This document shows positions 41,329-54,106 of a stretch of DNA of 64,000 nucleotides, in pieces. The DNA comes from an uncultured Planctomycetaceae bacterium (lineage in GTDB: Bacteria; Planctomycetota; Planctomycetia; Pirellulales; PALSA-1355). The stretch's first letter is position 1. Each line of letters opens with the position of its first letter. The notes under the pieces are model-generated. The model saw nothing but the letters and a program-made list of their open reading frames with translations, did not search any database and was not told where the DNA came from. The stretch spans positions 64,001 to 128,000 of the forward strand of contig CAWAUV010000002.1 in assembly GCA_963785305.1 (NCBI GenBank), written 5' to 3'. Position numbers and translations under genes: made by a program.

Positions 41329-44300
41329 GCTGCTTGCGTTTCCTCGTCGCTAGCATCGGCCGCTTCGGCTTCCGCCACTTCTTCGGGCCGCACGACGAAT
41401 TCGCCATTGTCGCGCACATCGTCGAACCGCACCGACACGCGTTTCGAGATGCCCGACTCCTGCATCGTGATGCCGTGGATCGCGCCGGCGCAGACCATCG
41501 TCTTCTTCGAGTGCGTGACGACGATGAACTGGGTCCAGGCCAGGAACTCGGTGAGCACATTGACGAAGCGCTCGATGTTCGCTTCGTCCAGCGCCGCGTC
41601 GACCTCATCGAGCACGCAAAACGGGCTCGGGCGGCTTCGAAAGATCGACATCAGCAGGGCCACGCACGTGAGCGTCTTCTCGCCGCCGCTCAAGAGCGAG
41701 ATACTGCGCGGCTCCTTGCCCGGCGGGCGGGCCACGATCTCTATGCCGCTTTCCAGGATATCGACGCCCTCTTCGAGCACGATATCAGCCTGCCCGCCGC
41801 CGAACAGTTTGCGAAACAACGATTGAAAATAGCCGCGGACCACTTCGAGCGTATCGCCAAACAGCTTGCGACAGTCGGCGTTGATCTTGTGAATCGCCTC
41901 TTCCAATTCGCTTTTGGCGGTCGAAAGATCGCGATGCTGGGCGTCGAGCGTCGCGAAGCGAGCTTCGAGCTGGGTTAGCTCCTCGAGCGCGTCGAGATTC
42001 ACCGCGCCAATGCTATTGAGCTTGCCGCGCAACTCGGCGATCTCCCGGTCGGCCGCGGAGCGAGAAATGTCGAGCTCCGGGGCCGGCTGCTCGAGCAGCG
42101 ACGCCAAGTCGAGCCCGTAGTCCTCGCGCATTCGCTCTTCGAGCGTGGCCAGCGCGTGTCGGCTTTCGCCCGCGGCGAGCTCGCGGGCATGCAGTTTGCT
42201 TTCGAGCTTGCGAATACGGCCGCGCAGTTGTTGATCGGACTGGGAGAGCGTCGCGCGGCGGTTGCGGGCATCGTCGCGCCGGACGACCGCTTCGAGCGTC
42301 TCTCGTTGCAGCGATTCTTTCGTCAGCGCGAGGAGCGCGATTTCGCTCTCGGCCGCCAGAATATGCAACTCGGTCTCGGCCGCCCGGCGCACGGCCAACG
42401 CGAGCTGCCCGCGGTTCTCGGCGAGCGATCGACCTCGCTCCTGCCGATCGCGCTCGAGCTGGGCGGCGCCTCGCTCCAAATCGTCGCGCTGCTGTTCGAC
42501 GCGGGCGACTTCGATTCGCGTGGCGCTGGCCTCGCGATTGGCGCGAAGCCGAGTTTGTTCGAGTTGGGCCGCCAAGGCGGCGCTCTCGCGCGCGGGCCTC
42601 GAGCTCCGTGATCCGCGCTTCCGCGGCCGCTTGCAGCTTTCGCGCATCGATCAGCGCCGACGCGGCCAGCGAATGGGTTTGCTCGGCGGCGCGCACTTCG
42701 GCGGCCAGCGATTGACGTTCGAGTCCCAGCCGGCTCGCCCGCTGTTCGGCCGCCAAAAGTCGCAGTTTCACGTCGGCAAGTTCTCGTTCGACGATTGCCA
42801 GTTGGGCGCCGCGAGCGCCGATCTCGGCCATGAGCTCCGTCAGGCGGCGGTCCATCTCGTCGACCTGATCGCGCTTCGCGTCGACCGCGATTGCCAGATC
42901 GGCAATTTGCCGGCGAAGGGCCCGAAGTTCACTGCGCCGCGAGATCAAGCCGCTCGGACCGCCGCGCATTCCCACGGCCACGGAGCCATCGGAAGTGAGC
43001 AGCTCTCCGGCCAGAGTGACAAACGACACTCCGCGCCCGCGCCCTCGGTCAGCGTCAATGCCCGGCTCAGCGTGTCGACGATCCAAGCGCCGCCGAGCAA
43101 GCGCCGCGCCAGCACCGCATGTTCCGGCGCGGTTTCGACAAAGCGATCGGCTCGGCCGACGACGCCCGGAAGGCCCTCGAAATCGGCCAAGTCGGCCGCC
43201 GACACAGGTGGGGCGTCGAGCCGCAGAAACGTGACCCGGCCGGAGAATCGAGTGCCCTCGGCCTGCAAATACGCGAGCAGTTCGCGGCCGGAGCTCACGA
43301 CCACATGTTGGGCCAAGTCGCCGAGCGCGGCCTCGATGAGCGCCGCGCGATCGATATGCACCTGCAGCAGATCGGCCACGAGACCAACGACATTGGCCAG
43401 TGGTCCCGGCTGAGCCGAGCGAGCCCGCTGTAACACTTCCTTCACGCCGCCCTGAATGCCTTCTTGCCGCCGTTCGAGCTCCTCGAGCACGGCATGCCGC
43501 TCGCTGGCGCGACTTTGTCGTTCGCGTAGCGCCGCCAATTCGCTTTGACCGCGCGCGATCGCGCCGCGCAGCTCCCCGATTTCGACTTCAATCGCCTGCG
43601 TCCCCGCGCTGGGCCGCCGCTTGTTCGCCCAGTTCGGTGAACCGCGGGGCGAGCTCGGCATGTTCGGTCGCGGCGGCGCTGAACGCGGCTTCGAGCTCGG
43701 CGAGTCGTGAACTGCCTTGCGCGTGCGACGCCTCGGCGGCCCGAGCCTGCGCCTCGAGCGAACTGATCCGGCTGGCCAGCGCCGAACTCGAATGCAATTG
43801 CTCCAAATGCTCGGCGCGGGCCGTTTCACTGTCGCCGCGGGCCTTTTCGAGTTCCGCGCTCAGCCGGGTCAGGGTTCGATCTTGCTCGGCGAGCGAATCG
43901 GCCAGCACAAGCCGCTGCCGCTCGACATCGGAAAGCGATTGCCGGTTGACACGCAGTTGTTCGTCGAGATCGTCGGCCCGGGCAACCATGCTCGTGAGGC
44001 GGCGGCGATGCAGGGCGATTTCGTCGTCAAGATCGCGCTGGCGGCGCCGGTCGTGTTCGGCGCCCGAGGAGCACGACGCGAGCCGTTCGCGATTTTCGCC
44101 GAGGCGCAAGTGACTTTCTCCGAGCGCCTGCTCGACAAGCGCCAATTCCTGCTCGAGCGCCACGATCTCGGCCTGACGGTCTTCGCTTTCGGCGGCGGCG
44201 GCCGCGAGCTCGACGCGGTTCGCGGCGGCTTCGAGTTCGATCGCGCGGATTTCGCCGGTAAGCCGTTCGGTGTCGGCCACGGCCAAGGCGGTTCGCAACA

Positions 44301-44967
44301 GTTGCAGCCGGTCGGCGTGTTCTTTGTAGCGCTGCGCCTTGACCGCTTGCCCGCGGACACCGCGGAGCCGTTCGCCGACTTCATCGACGATGTCCGTGAG
44401 CCGCAGCAGGTTTTGTTCGACCCGCTCGAGGCGCCTTTGCGATTCGACTTTTTTGCCGCGAAAGCGACTGATGCCCGCCGCTTCCTCGAAGATCAACCGG
44501 CGCTCGCGGGGCGAGGATTGCAAGAGCACATCGACCTTGCCCTGCTCGATCACGCTGTAGGCTTCGGCCCCGAGGCCGGTGCCGGCGAGCAGATCGCGAA
44601 TATCTCGCAGCCGGCATTGCTGCCGATTGATGAGATATTCGCCTTCGCCGCCGCGATACACACGGCGCGTGATGCGAACGTCGGTCGCGTCGATGCCGAG
44701 CTGGCGATTGGTGTTGTCGAACACCAGCGACACTTCGGCCAAATTCACCGGTCTGCGGCTGGCCGAGCCGTTGAAGATCACGTCGGCCATTTCCTTGCCG
44801 CGCAGGCTTTTCACGCTCTGTTCGCCGAGCACCCATTTGATCGCGTCGACGATGTTCGACTTGCCCGAGCCATTCGGGCCGACGACGACCGTGATGCCGC
44901 TGGGAAATTCCAGCCGGGTTTTGTCGGCAAAGCTCTTGAATCCGGCGATTTCCAAGGCTTTGAGCAT
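41325..44967 (-). CDS. smc: chromosome segregation protein SMC (split into 4 ORFs by indels)
   Basis: GFKSF, GPNGSGKSN, IEQG, hinge GRVTFL, LSGGEK, VLDEVDAALD, VVTH. Confidence 0.93.
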
Positions 44968-45145
44968 GGCGACGTAAACAGGGAAGCCCGGGGTGAAGAA
45001 TGGAGCGAAAACGGTGATTTACGACGCCAGCCGCGGGGACGGCCTTTCGCCTACGAATATCTTACCAAGTCGCGCGGCTTGGAGCGACACGGAACTTGGC
45101 CAACGCCGCGGTCGCTAGCGGCCAGTTGAATATTTCAATAGGCCG

Positions 45146-48100
45146 CTAGGAATTGCACGCCGCGCGAACATCACCCTCGGGCAGCAGTCGCAATGGGCCC
45201 CCCTGGGCCGATGGCACTGGCACACCGGCCATGTCGCCTTGCCACACCGTGACCCAGTGCTGCCAGGTGATCGGATTCCACGCGAAGAGCAACTCGCGGC
45301 ATGCGTCGGCCCCCATGATTTTGGCCGCCCCATGCGCCACTCGGCTTCCCGCGTCGCTGGCCGGCTTGAGGGGATAGAAGCGCGCCGGGCCAAAGTCGGC
45401 TTCCATTTGAACGAGCACGCCTTCTTCCAGAAACTCGCAGCCAGCCGTACCCTCGGGAAGATGCGAATTCAATTGCTCCCGAGCCACGACCACGCCGGCG
45501 ATCTTATAAAAGCCGGCGAGCGCTTCTTCGAAGGCGTCGATGGCCGAGGGCTCGAGCGCGGCGAGCCAGTCGCGATCTTCGATCCCCGCCACCAAAAGTC
45601 CGCCGCGCTCCTCAAACTTCACGAGCAGGGCGCCGCGCGATCGATCGGTCCCGCCGAGCTCGATCGTGATGCGATTGGTCGCTAGGCGAATGTCGCCAGC
45701 GCCGATTGGCCGTCCGCCCCAACCGCGGCTATTTGCCAGGAGCGCGATCAGCTCGCGATCCACCAACCGCCGCAGGCTTTCCTGGATGTGTTCGAGAGCG
45801 CTGCGTTGTTTGCGAGCCGCTCGCCAACGACCGCTCCAAAAGGCCTTGCGGCTGGCGCGGCGCAGTTTGGCATAGTGCTTGGGAATGGTTCCCGAGCGAA
45901 AGCCGGGCGCAAAAGCTGGAGCACGGTTTCGCCATGGTGCCCGACCGAAGCCGGGCGAAGCTGCGTGGGACGGTTGGCCGCGTAGAGCCGCCAGTTTTCC
46001 TTGAGTTCCCAAACAAGAAAACCAAACACGCCAGGCAGCAGCAGGGTGGCGCTGCCGGCGATAAAGTGAGCCCAAACCGAGCTCATCGCGGTTTCGAGCC
46101 ACTCTTCGATCGGCGTGAACAGCACCGGCGCGCTGCCGAGAATGATCTTATGCGCGACCGTCACCACCGGAAAGTGTTTGATCGGATTGATCTGCGGCTC
46201 GATCAAGAGCGTGACGCAAAGTCGAATAAAGTAATGCACCACGGCCCAAAACACGCCGAGCACGCTTTTGACCGCGGTCGACACCCGCCCCTCGCCCGAG
46301 CGAAAGCGGAGCCATTCGTCGACCGCATAGAGCCCGCGTTCGAGCCCTTCGAGCAGTCGATGGAAGAATTCCATGATCCAGCGAAACAGGGCCGTGACCA
46401 CATGCAGGCGAAAGCGGCGCCAGCTTTCGATCACGAAATCGGTGAGCATTTCATCGACATTGCGACCCAGCCGCGAGTTGACGAGCAGGTTTACGCCGGC
46501 AAACAACATCACCATGCCGCTTGGCCGGGGCCAACGGTGAAACAGTCCGTCGACCGTGGCCACGAGCAGCGCAGCTCATCACGAGCGGCTTGAGACCAAA
46601 TCGCATCGACCACCGAAACACGGGGCTTTGGGAAATCGCGCGCACCAGCGGCAGCTCGAGCACTTTCGCGGGCCACGCAATCAGCGCGCGATGCAGTCCC
46701 TTGCCGACTTTGCGCACCAATCCCAGGCATCCGCGGCGGAAGCGATCGTGGTAAAAGAGCCCCCATAAAAATGCGCCGAGCACCGCCACCTGGAGGCACT
46801 TGAACCAGAAGAAGGGCGTCAACTCGGACTGGCCCAACAAATGCTCGCGAATCGTGTTCACGACATGCTGAAAGAATTCAATCGTCAAAAACGCGCCGCC
46901 GAAGGGCAGGGCCACATGCCGAGTGAGCAGCCGGCCGAGCGGCAACCCAAAGGCCAAGGAACTGAGTCGCTGCGGCCAGCGAAGATAAATCTCTCCGTGC
47001 CGATACACGCCGTCGAGGCTTTCGGCCAGCAACGAATCGGCCTGGAGCAGCGGATCGCCCCAAAGAAATTCAGCGCCGCTGGCCAGGTCGGGCAGCTTGA
47101 GGTTATTGCGTGAAAGCGCGTCGCGAAGATCGCCCATGGCCAAGAAACCACGCTCCGACACGCTGTCGAGCAGTTCGTCGACCAGCTTGAGCCGGGCCAC
47201 CTTCTCGGGCAAATTCCGGGGCGTGAGTCCCACTTGATCGAGCGCGGCGTCGATCTTGGGGCGAAATCGGCCGCGGAGTTGCTGTTCGGTGCGCGAGATC
47301 GCGGCTTCGACCAAGGCTTCGAGCCGGCCGCGGGCCCACGACGAAACTCGCACCGCGTGCAATCGCCCCTTGGCCGCGCGCAGGTGATTGCACATCAACA
47401 CGACTTGCTGGCCCGGTAGCTTGCGCTTGATCGGGGCCCGACCCCAGCTTCTCGCCCAGCGGCCGAGATCGAGCGCATAGACCACGCGCTCGTGGTCGAA
47501 CGTGGCTTTTTGCAAGTCGTAGAGCAGGCGTGTCTCGGGCGACCAAACACCCTCGGTCGCTGGTTCCAAAAGCGCCGCGAGCGAGCGCGACCAATCCTCG
47601 GCTTCGGCGAGCGTGAAATCGAGCGATCGTTCGAGCCGATGCGACAACCGGCCGACATGGGCCCTCGCTTCGGCCCGGCACTGGCGCGCCTCGTCGGGCG
47701 GCGCGAAGCGAGCGGCTTGCATTCGCGCGATTGCCGCGCGCACCAGATTGCCGGCCGCCGCGGCGCGATCGGCTTTGCGCGCCAGTCGGCGATATTGCCA
47801 AGGGCTGGGCGCGACGCCCGCCGCGTGGGGCGCTGGGCGCTCGGCGACCGATTCCTCGACCGCCAAATCACCGCGCCAAGGTTGCTCCGCGCGCCGGCCG
47901 GCCGGGTAGCATGAAACAGCGCCCGCGCGTCGAGGTCCTCGCCGAGCAATTTGTCGACGCGGTCGAGATCTCGCAATCCGGGGAAATAGGCGGGTAGAAA
48001 CGAACCGGCGAAGAATCGCAGCTCGAAATACGTGGCGACGAATTCGATATAGGTCGTGATCTCGTTTTTCGGCGGCAGCAGCAGGTCTTCTTGCTCGAGC

Positions 48101-48606
48101 GCGGCCCGAATTTCATCGAACTCGACCCGCCCCAGGCGATCGACCCGTCGGCGAATATCATCGGCCGTGAGACGCTCGGCGGCCAGGGCCTCGTCGAGCT
48201 CGCGATGCACGCTGGCGTGGAACAGGAGCCGCCAGTATTTGCCGAGCAGCTTCGAAGCGGGGGTTTCCGCAAGTAATTCCGGCGTGGGCTGCGGCAAAAG
48301 AATCATCGCCGCGTTTGCCGGGCCATCGCCCGAAGCGCTATTGCCCGCCGCGCTCGGCTCGGGGAGTCGCAGTTCATGGACATCGACGATCGCCAGCAAT
48401 TGCGATCTCGGAATCACGAAGCTTTTGCGATGCGGCACGCGCAGGCCCATGCCCGGAATTCCGGCCGACTGCTTAATCACGCGCCGCAAAATGCGCGAGG
48501 GCGCGAGCGCCACCGTGGGGTCGGCGGTTTGTAGCGACTGCTCGAGCGCGGCGAGGCTGAGAAAATTCTCGGCGCGAACGCGTTCGTTCTGGGTGGACGA
48601 CGCCAT
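45146..48606 (-). CDS. large hypothetical membrane protein (~1150 aa), frameshifted
   Basis: Four consecutive minus-strand ORF pieces with protein-like composition and several TM segments. Confidence 0.65.
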
Positions 48607-48865
48607 GGTGGCCCGGTTCAAAAGCTTTCGGTGTCGGTCTTTAGTATCGTCGAAGCCCGCCGCCGATGACAAGGCGCCGCGAATCGTCCCGCGCGGCCAA
48701 CGAGCCCCGCGATCCGATTCTAGCCCAAAAACAGGCCGCCGCGATCTCGCCCGGCAACCCAGCGAGACGTGCTCCGAGACGGCTAAAATAATGGATAACC
48801 CGGTTTGCGCGGGCGGCAGGCCCACGAATTCCAAGGCGCCGGTTCGACCGAGACAACAAATCGTA

Positions 48866-49909
48866 TTAGCGACCCGTCGCCGTTCGACCGGCCGGCCGCA
48901 ATTCTCGCAGCGCCGCCAGCATGCGGGCCATGTCCTCGGGTAGCGGGGCCTCGAATTCGAGCGCGCGCGCCGAATGGGGATGCATGAATCGCAGCCGCCG
49001 GGCATGCAGGGCTTGGCGTGCGAGCAGAATATCGTCCATCGCCTCGGGATCGCGATTCAAATCGCCGCGCGAAATACGAGCCCGATGGCCATACAGCCGA
49101 TCGCAGAGCACATGGCAACCGATGCTCGCCAAATGGACGCGAATTTGATGGGTTCGCCCGGTCTTGGGCCGCGCCGCCACGACCGCGAAGCCGGCCAGCC
49201 GCTCGACGACCTCGAAAAAAGTTGCGCCTCGCGGCTCGCCGGATGGTCGGCCCGGATCGCCATTTGCTCGCGATGGGTCGGATGCGGACCGATTGGTTTG
49301 TCGATCAGCCCGCGATCATGATCGGGCCCGCCGACCACGATCGCCAGATACTCTTTCTCCACGGTGCGCCGCTCGAACTGATCGCACACGAGCTTATGTG
49401 TCTGATCGTCCTTGGCGATCACGATCACGCCGCTCGTGTCGCGATCGAGCCGATGCACGATCCCCGGGCGAGTCGGACCGCCCGCTTCGCTCAGGTGTTC
49501 GAAGTGAAAGGCCAGGGCGCTGAGTGAGGGTGCCGGTCCAGTGGCCGCGGGCCGGATGCACGACCATGCCCGGCGGTTTGTTGATGATCGCCAGGTATTC
49601 ATCTTCGAAGAGCACATCGAGCGGAATGTCTTCGGGTTGCGGAGAGCGGGCCGGCAGCGGCGGCAACACGAGTGTCACGAGCTCTCCGCCTCGCAGGCGA
49701 TGCGACGCCTTAACCCGAATTCCATCGACCTGGGCCGCCACGGCGTTGATCGCCTTGCGCAACGTCACGCGGCTATAGATGGGAAAAGCGCGGGCAAGAA
49801 ACGAATCGAGTCTCGCGCCAGCCTGCTCGGGCGATACCACGAGGCGCATCGTGTCGCCTGGCGCTCCGGCGATTCCGGCGATTCCGGTTGGTGGCTCGGG
49901 GCTCGACAT
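48866..49909 (-). CDS. rluD: RluA/RluD-family pseudouridine synthase, frameshifted
   Basis: S4 domain RLDSFL, INKPPGMVVHP, GIVHRLDRDTSG, KTGRTHQIRVH, RQALHA. Confidence 0.88.
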
Positions 49910-50896
49910 CACTTTTCCGCAGCCGGCGGCGGCGCGGGCGAATCGTTTGCTGGCGGCGCGGTGGTTTCCTTGGCCGGTGGCGCGCTTTCAGTCGTCGAAC
50001 CGCTCGGGGCGACGCCTTCCGTCGAAGGACTGGCGGGCGCGGCGCCTTCGACGGCCGGAGTTGTCTTCTCCGTCGAGCCGCTTGCTGGCGCCTCGCCGCT
50101 CGCGGGCGACCCACTATTCGTCGGCGCCTCGCCGCTGGGGGCAGCAGCGCCTTCGGCTTTCTGCGGGGTCGATTCGGTTGCTGGGCCCGCCGGCTTTCCG
50201 CCCACATTCGATGGCAGCCGCACTCCGCTCGCGCGATCGAGCGACTCGTTCAAGAAATCGAACTTCGGCTCGGGCTTGTCGCTCGGACGAGGCGGCTCGT
50301 ATTTGGCGAACCAATCATAAAACGCTTTCGTCTCGCCGCGATCCAGATCGGTGGCGCGTTGCCGGGCGGCGTCGGCAAACGGACCGCCCTCTTTCACGAT
50401 CGCGTCGTAATCCACGCGCGCCGCTTGCAGTTCCCCGAGTGCTTCATGGGTGCGAGCTAGTCCGAATTTCGCTCGCGGCACAAGCGGCGACTTCGACTCG
50501 GAATCGGCGGCCACGGTAAGATACATGTCGGCCACGCGGCGAAGCTGCTTTTGGCCCTCGAGTCGATCCGTGTAAAGCTGATCGATGCCCGAGGAAAGCA
50601 GCAAATCGGCATCCATGAGCCGAGCCCACTGCGCGACTTTCGTCGAGGAGTACTCCTCGGCGGTCTTATTCAATTTCTCCGGGTCTTGCGCCGAACGCCT
50701 GAAAGAAGCTGTCCCAGCCTTTTTCGGCGAATTCCTGATCCCGCACCGAAAGGTATGCCCACACGAACAAAAGCGCCGCGACGGCGAGCACCACTCCCAA
50801 AATGGCCCGCGAGTAGGGCTCGATCACTCCGATGACGTAAGTCAGTTTGTCGGCCAGGGCGTTGTGCTGAAGCTCGTGGCGACGTTCGGTTTTCAT
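49909..50896 (-). CDS. membrane-anchored TPR-like protein (YfgM-like); frameshift near 50680
   Basis: MKTERRHELQHN, single TM, RAKFGLARTHEALGELQAA, disordered Pro/Ala tail; TGATG overlap with the next gene. Confidence 0.7.
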
Positions 50897-51046
50897 GGCA
50901 AATGCCCAACTATGACGGGAAAAGGGGAGTCGGAGCGGGGAAACAGGTTGCGAAATCGGCGCAGTCGACCGACCCAGAGGAAACCGGAAGTATAGAAGCG
51001 ACTTTCGCGAACGGTCAAGGTCCTTTCGCCGACTGGACTCTGCCCC

Positions 51047-52603
51047 GGGACCAGTTCAGCTTTTGCGGGTTGGGGGGTGGATGTGGAAACGTCAATAGGA
51101 GAATTCGGGGTTTGTGTGGTAAGCTGGGCGAGGTGGATTTGATCGGTGAACGAAACTTGCTTAAGGAGCGCTAGGCATGGACGCCGCGATGCAGGCCCGC
51201 GAGGCCAGGAGGAAGGAACTTTTGCGGGAACTGGCCGAACTGGGAATCGAGGAGATGGTCGAGCAGGGGGCGTTCCTCGGCACGCCGCACTATAGCGTCA
51301 TCGAGCGGTATGCTATCACGCTCGGCCGCGAGTTGAGCCGTGAAGCCCAAGAGCGAGCGATGCGTGAAGTCGCCGCGAGCTGCCCGACGGAAGCGAACTG
51401 CCCCACCTGCGGAGCGTCGTGCCGCGTGCAAACCGCAACGAGGCCGGTCACCAGCCTGGATGGCCGGGTCGAGGTGACCGAGACGACCGCTTACTGCGAC
51501 CGCTGCCGGCGGTCTTTTTTTCCCTCAGCGGTTGACGTTGGGACTCGATAGCCGCGAGGTCACGCCCGAGTTGACGCGAGCCGTGGTCTGCCTAGCCGCG
51601 GAAGTCCGTTCGTTCAAGCGCACGGAAGTGATCACCGAGCAAGTGCTGGGACACAAAGTTCCCTGCAGCACGATTCGGCGTTTGGTGAAACAGGTGGGCC
51701 AGGAACTGGCCGACGGGAAGGCACTGCCGGCGCCCAGCGACAATAAAAAAGTCGTCAAGGAAGTCGTCGTGCCGGAAGCGGCGGTGGTCTCTTGCGACGG
51801 CGGCCGCATTCGCACGCGCGAGCCGGGCCGGGGACGCGGCGTCGTGCCGTCGGGCGAGAAAGGCTGGCGCAAAACGAAGAACGCTTCGTTCGAGCGAATG
51901 TCTCTCAACCCGCGGCGCGTGCTGCGCACGGCGCTGAGCAGTATGTCCTGCTCGGAGGATTTCGGCCCGCTGATGCGGCGCGAAGCCCAGCGGCGCCGGT
52001 TCTACGATTCCCCTTTACGGGTCTTCCTCGGTGATGGCCTGAACTGGAACTGGTCGATCTGGAAAAAACATTTTCCGACGTTCACGCCCGTCCTCGACTT
52101 CATTCATGCGATTCAATACGTTTACCGCGCGGCGCTGGCGCTGGCCGCCAACGATGCGGAGGGTTGGTCGCTCTATCTAAAGTTCGTCACCTGGTGCTGG
52201 CAAGGCCAGGTCGATCACGTGATCGACGAGATCAAGCAAGCCTGCCTCGCCCGGGGCATCGACTGGGAAGATACGAAACCCAGTGACGCGGAGAAAGCGC
52301 TCGTCGACGCCGTGCGGTACTTGACGAACAATCGCCAGCGGATGGACTATCCCAGCTATCGCCGCCTGGGCCTGCCGGTCACCAGCGCACCGATGGAGTC
52401 GCTGATCAAACAGATGAACCTGCGCGTGAAAGGGACCGAAATGTTCTGGGACGATCCCGACGGAGCGGAAGCGATCTTGCAGCTCCGCGCCGCAGCCCTC
52501 AGCGACGACGGCCGGCTCAAGGACTACCTCTCGCAACGCCCCGGCCACCCCTTCCACCGCCCTCCACCCCCCTCGCCACCGCCGCATAAGCTGAACTGGT
52601 CCC
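51047..52603 (+). mobile_element. ISKra4-like insertion sequence, copy 2 (1557 bp, internally deleted)
   Basis: Near-identical to 16041-17757; same IRs; 8-bp flank TCTGCCCC on both sides. Confidence 0.9.
51177..52589 (+). pseudogene. ISKra4-like transposase with a 159-bp in-frame deletion and 3' indel
   Basis: Lacks the segment between the two CCCGCGGC repeats of copy 1. Confidence 0.8.
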
Positions 52604-52659
52604 TCTGCCCCTCTGCCCCTCTGCCCCGTCCGCCCGTCCGCCCGTCCGCCCGTCCGCCC
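52604..52659 (+). repeat. 8-bp tandem repeats (TCTGCCCC)3(GTCCGCCC)4
   Basis: Read directly after the right IR of IS copy 2. Confidence 0.9.
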
Positions 52660-52769
52660 GTGCTTCGCTGGCCTTGTGACCGCATGCCGGTTTTGCTACG
52701 GTTTCGCGCGCCAAAATCCGCTTTTTTTGTCCTTCGACCCAGCGCCCTCGCCCAGGGGTCTTTCGCCTT

Positions 52770-53693
52770 ATGTCCACGCGTTCGCGACATTGCTTCACTT
52801 GGTCGATGGCGACCCTGCTCGCGATGACGGCCGGGTGCCGGGCGTTTACGCGCGAAGGCACGGGGCCGCGGAGCGTGGCCGCTTCGCGCCAATTGTCGCG
52901 ACAAGGCGCCGGCGCCATGGAACGTGGCGACTGGCCGGGAGCCGAGTCGCTACTGCACAAAGCGGTCGAGGCCTGTCCGGCCGATGTCGAGGCGCGGCGA
53001 ACCTATTCCGAAACACTCACCCATCGCGGGGCCACCGGCGCCGCGATCGCGCAGCTCGAGGAAGCCCGGCGATTGGCGCCCGAGGACGCGAGTCTTTCTG
53101 TGCGGGCCGGCGAATTGTATTTGAGCCTCGATCGCCTCGACAAAGCGCGCGAAGCATCGGATCGGGCGCTCGATGTCGATCCGAAGTATGCCCCGGCTTG
53201 GGCGCTGCGTGGTCGGGTGATGGAGCGCAGCGGGCAGACGCGCCCGGCCCTGGCGGCCTACCAGCGCGCACTTGGCTATGAGCCCAACAACGCCGAATGG
53301 CTGCTGCGGTTGGCCGAATGCTATCGCCAGTTGGGCGCCCCCAGCCGAGCGCTCGCCGCCTTGCAGACATTGATGGACACCTATCCCTCGGGCGAAGAGC
53401 CGCAGCAAGTGCTCTATCTTCAAGGTCTGGCTCTCGGAGCGCTAGGCCGGCAAAGCGACGCGGCCGAGTGCTTCGCGCTTGCCACCCAGCGCGGCGGTCC
53501 GACGGCCGAATTGCTCTACCGCCTGGCTGAAGCGCAATTGCTGGCCGGTCGAGCCGCGGAAGCGCAAAGCTCGGTGCAACAGGCGCTGGCCCTAGAACCC
53601 GCGCATCCGGCCAGTGTCCAATTGGCGCAGCGGTTACAGGTGGAGCGAAGCGCTGCGCCGGCGCCCGCCGCCAGTGGCGAAATTCGCCGCTAA
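52770..53693 (+). CDS. TPR-repeat lipoprotein
   Basis: Lipobox-like MTAGC; multiple TPR helices. Confidence 0.82.
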   Translation: MSTRSRHCFTWSMATLLAMTAGCRAFTREGTGPRSVAASRQLSRQGAGAMERGDWPGAESLLHKAVEACPADVEARRTYSETLTHRGATGAAIAQLEEARRLAPEDASLSVRAGELYLSLDRLDKAREASDRALDVDPKYAPAWALRGRVMERSGQTRPALAAYQRALGYEPNNAEWLLRLAECYRQLGAPSRALAALQTLMDTYPSGEEPQQVLYLQGLALGALGRQSDAAECFALATQRGGPTAELLYRLAEAQLLAGRAAEAQSSVQQALALEPAHPASVQLAQRLQVERSAAPAPAASGEIRR

Positions 53694-53817
53694 GCCCAGC
53701 TTCTGGGGCAAGCGCGGTCCGGCCGGCGCCACCGAGGCTCATTCGTAAGCTAGGGTTTCTCCGGCGGCCCAATCTGGGCGCGCATCGCATTGAAGGATTT
53801 CTTTCGAAGGATAGACC

Positions 53818-54051
53818 ATGAGCACGTTAGCCACTCCCTTGAGCCCGTTCGTGGAGCGTCGCGGGGCGTCGATCAGCGGCGAGGCGCCGCAGCGCGAGCG
53901 TCGGCAATTTTCCAACAGCCACGCCGATCTCTCACTGGAAGCGCAGCAGCTTGCCACGGCCATCGATCAGTATAAGCTCGAACATCGTCGGCGATTCATC
54001 GACTTCGAGGAAATGCTGTCGGTGATCAAGTCGCTAGGATATCGAAAATAG
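53818..54051 (+). CDS. small hypothetical protein
   Basis: AAGGA RBS; ERRQF...AIDQYKLEHRRRFI...LGYRK. Confidence 0.75.
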   Translation: MSTLATPLSPFVERRGASISGEAPQRERRQFSNSHADLSLEAQQLATAIDQYKLEHRRRFIDFEEMLSVIKSLGYRK

Positions 54052-54106
54052 CTCGACCGGCCGATGCCCGCGACGACCCGCGAAGCGTTCGATTTCGCGC
54101 CATTCC

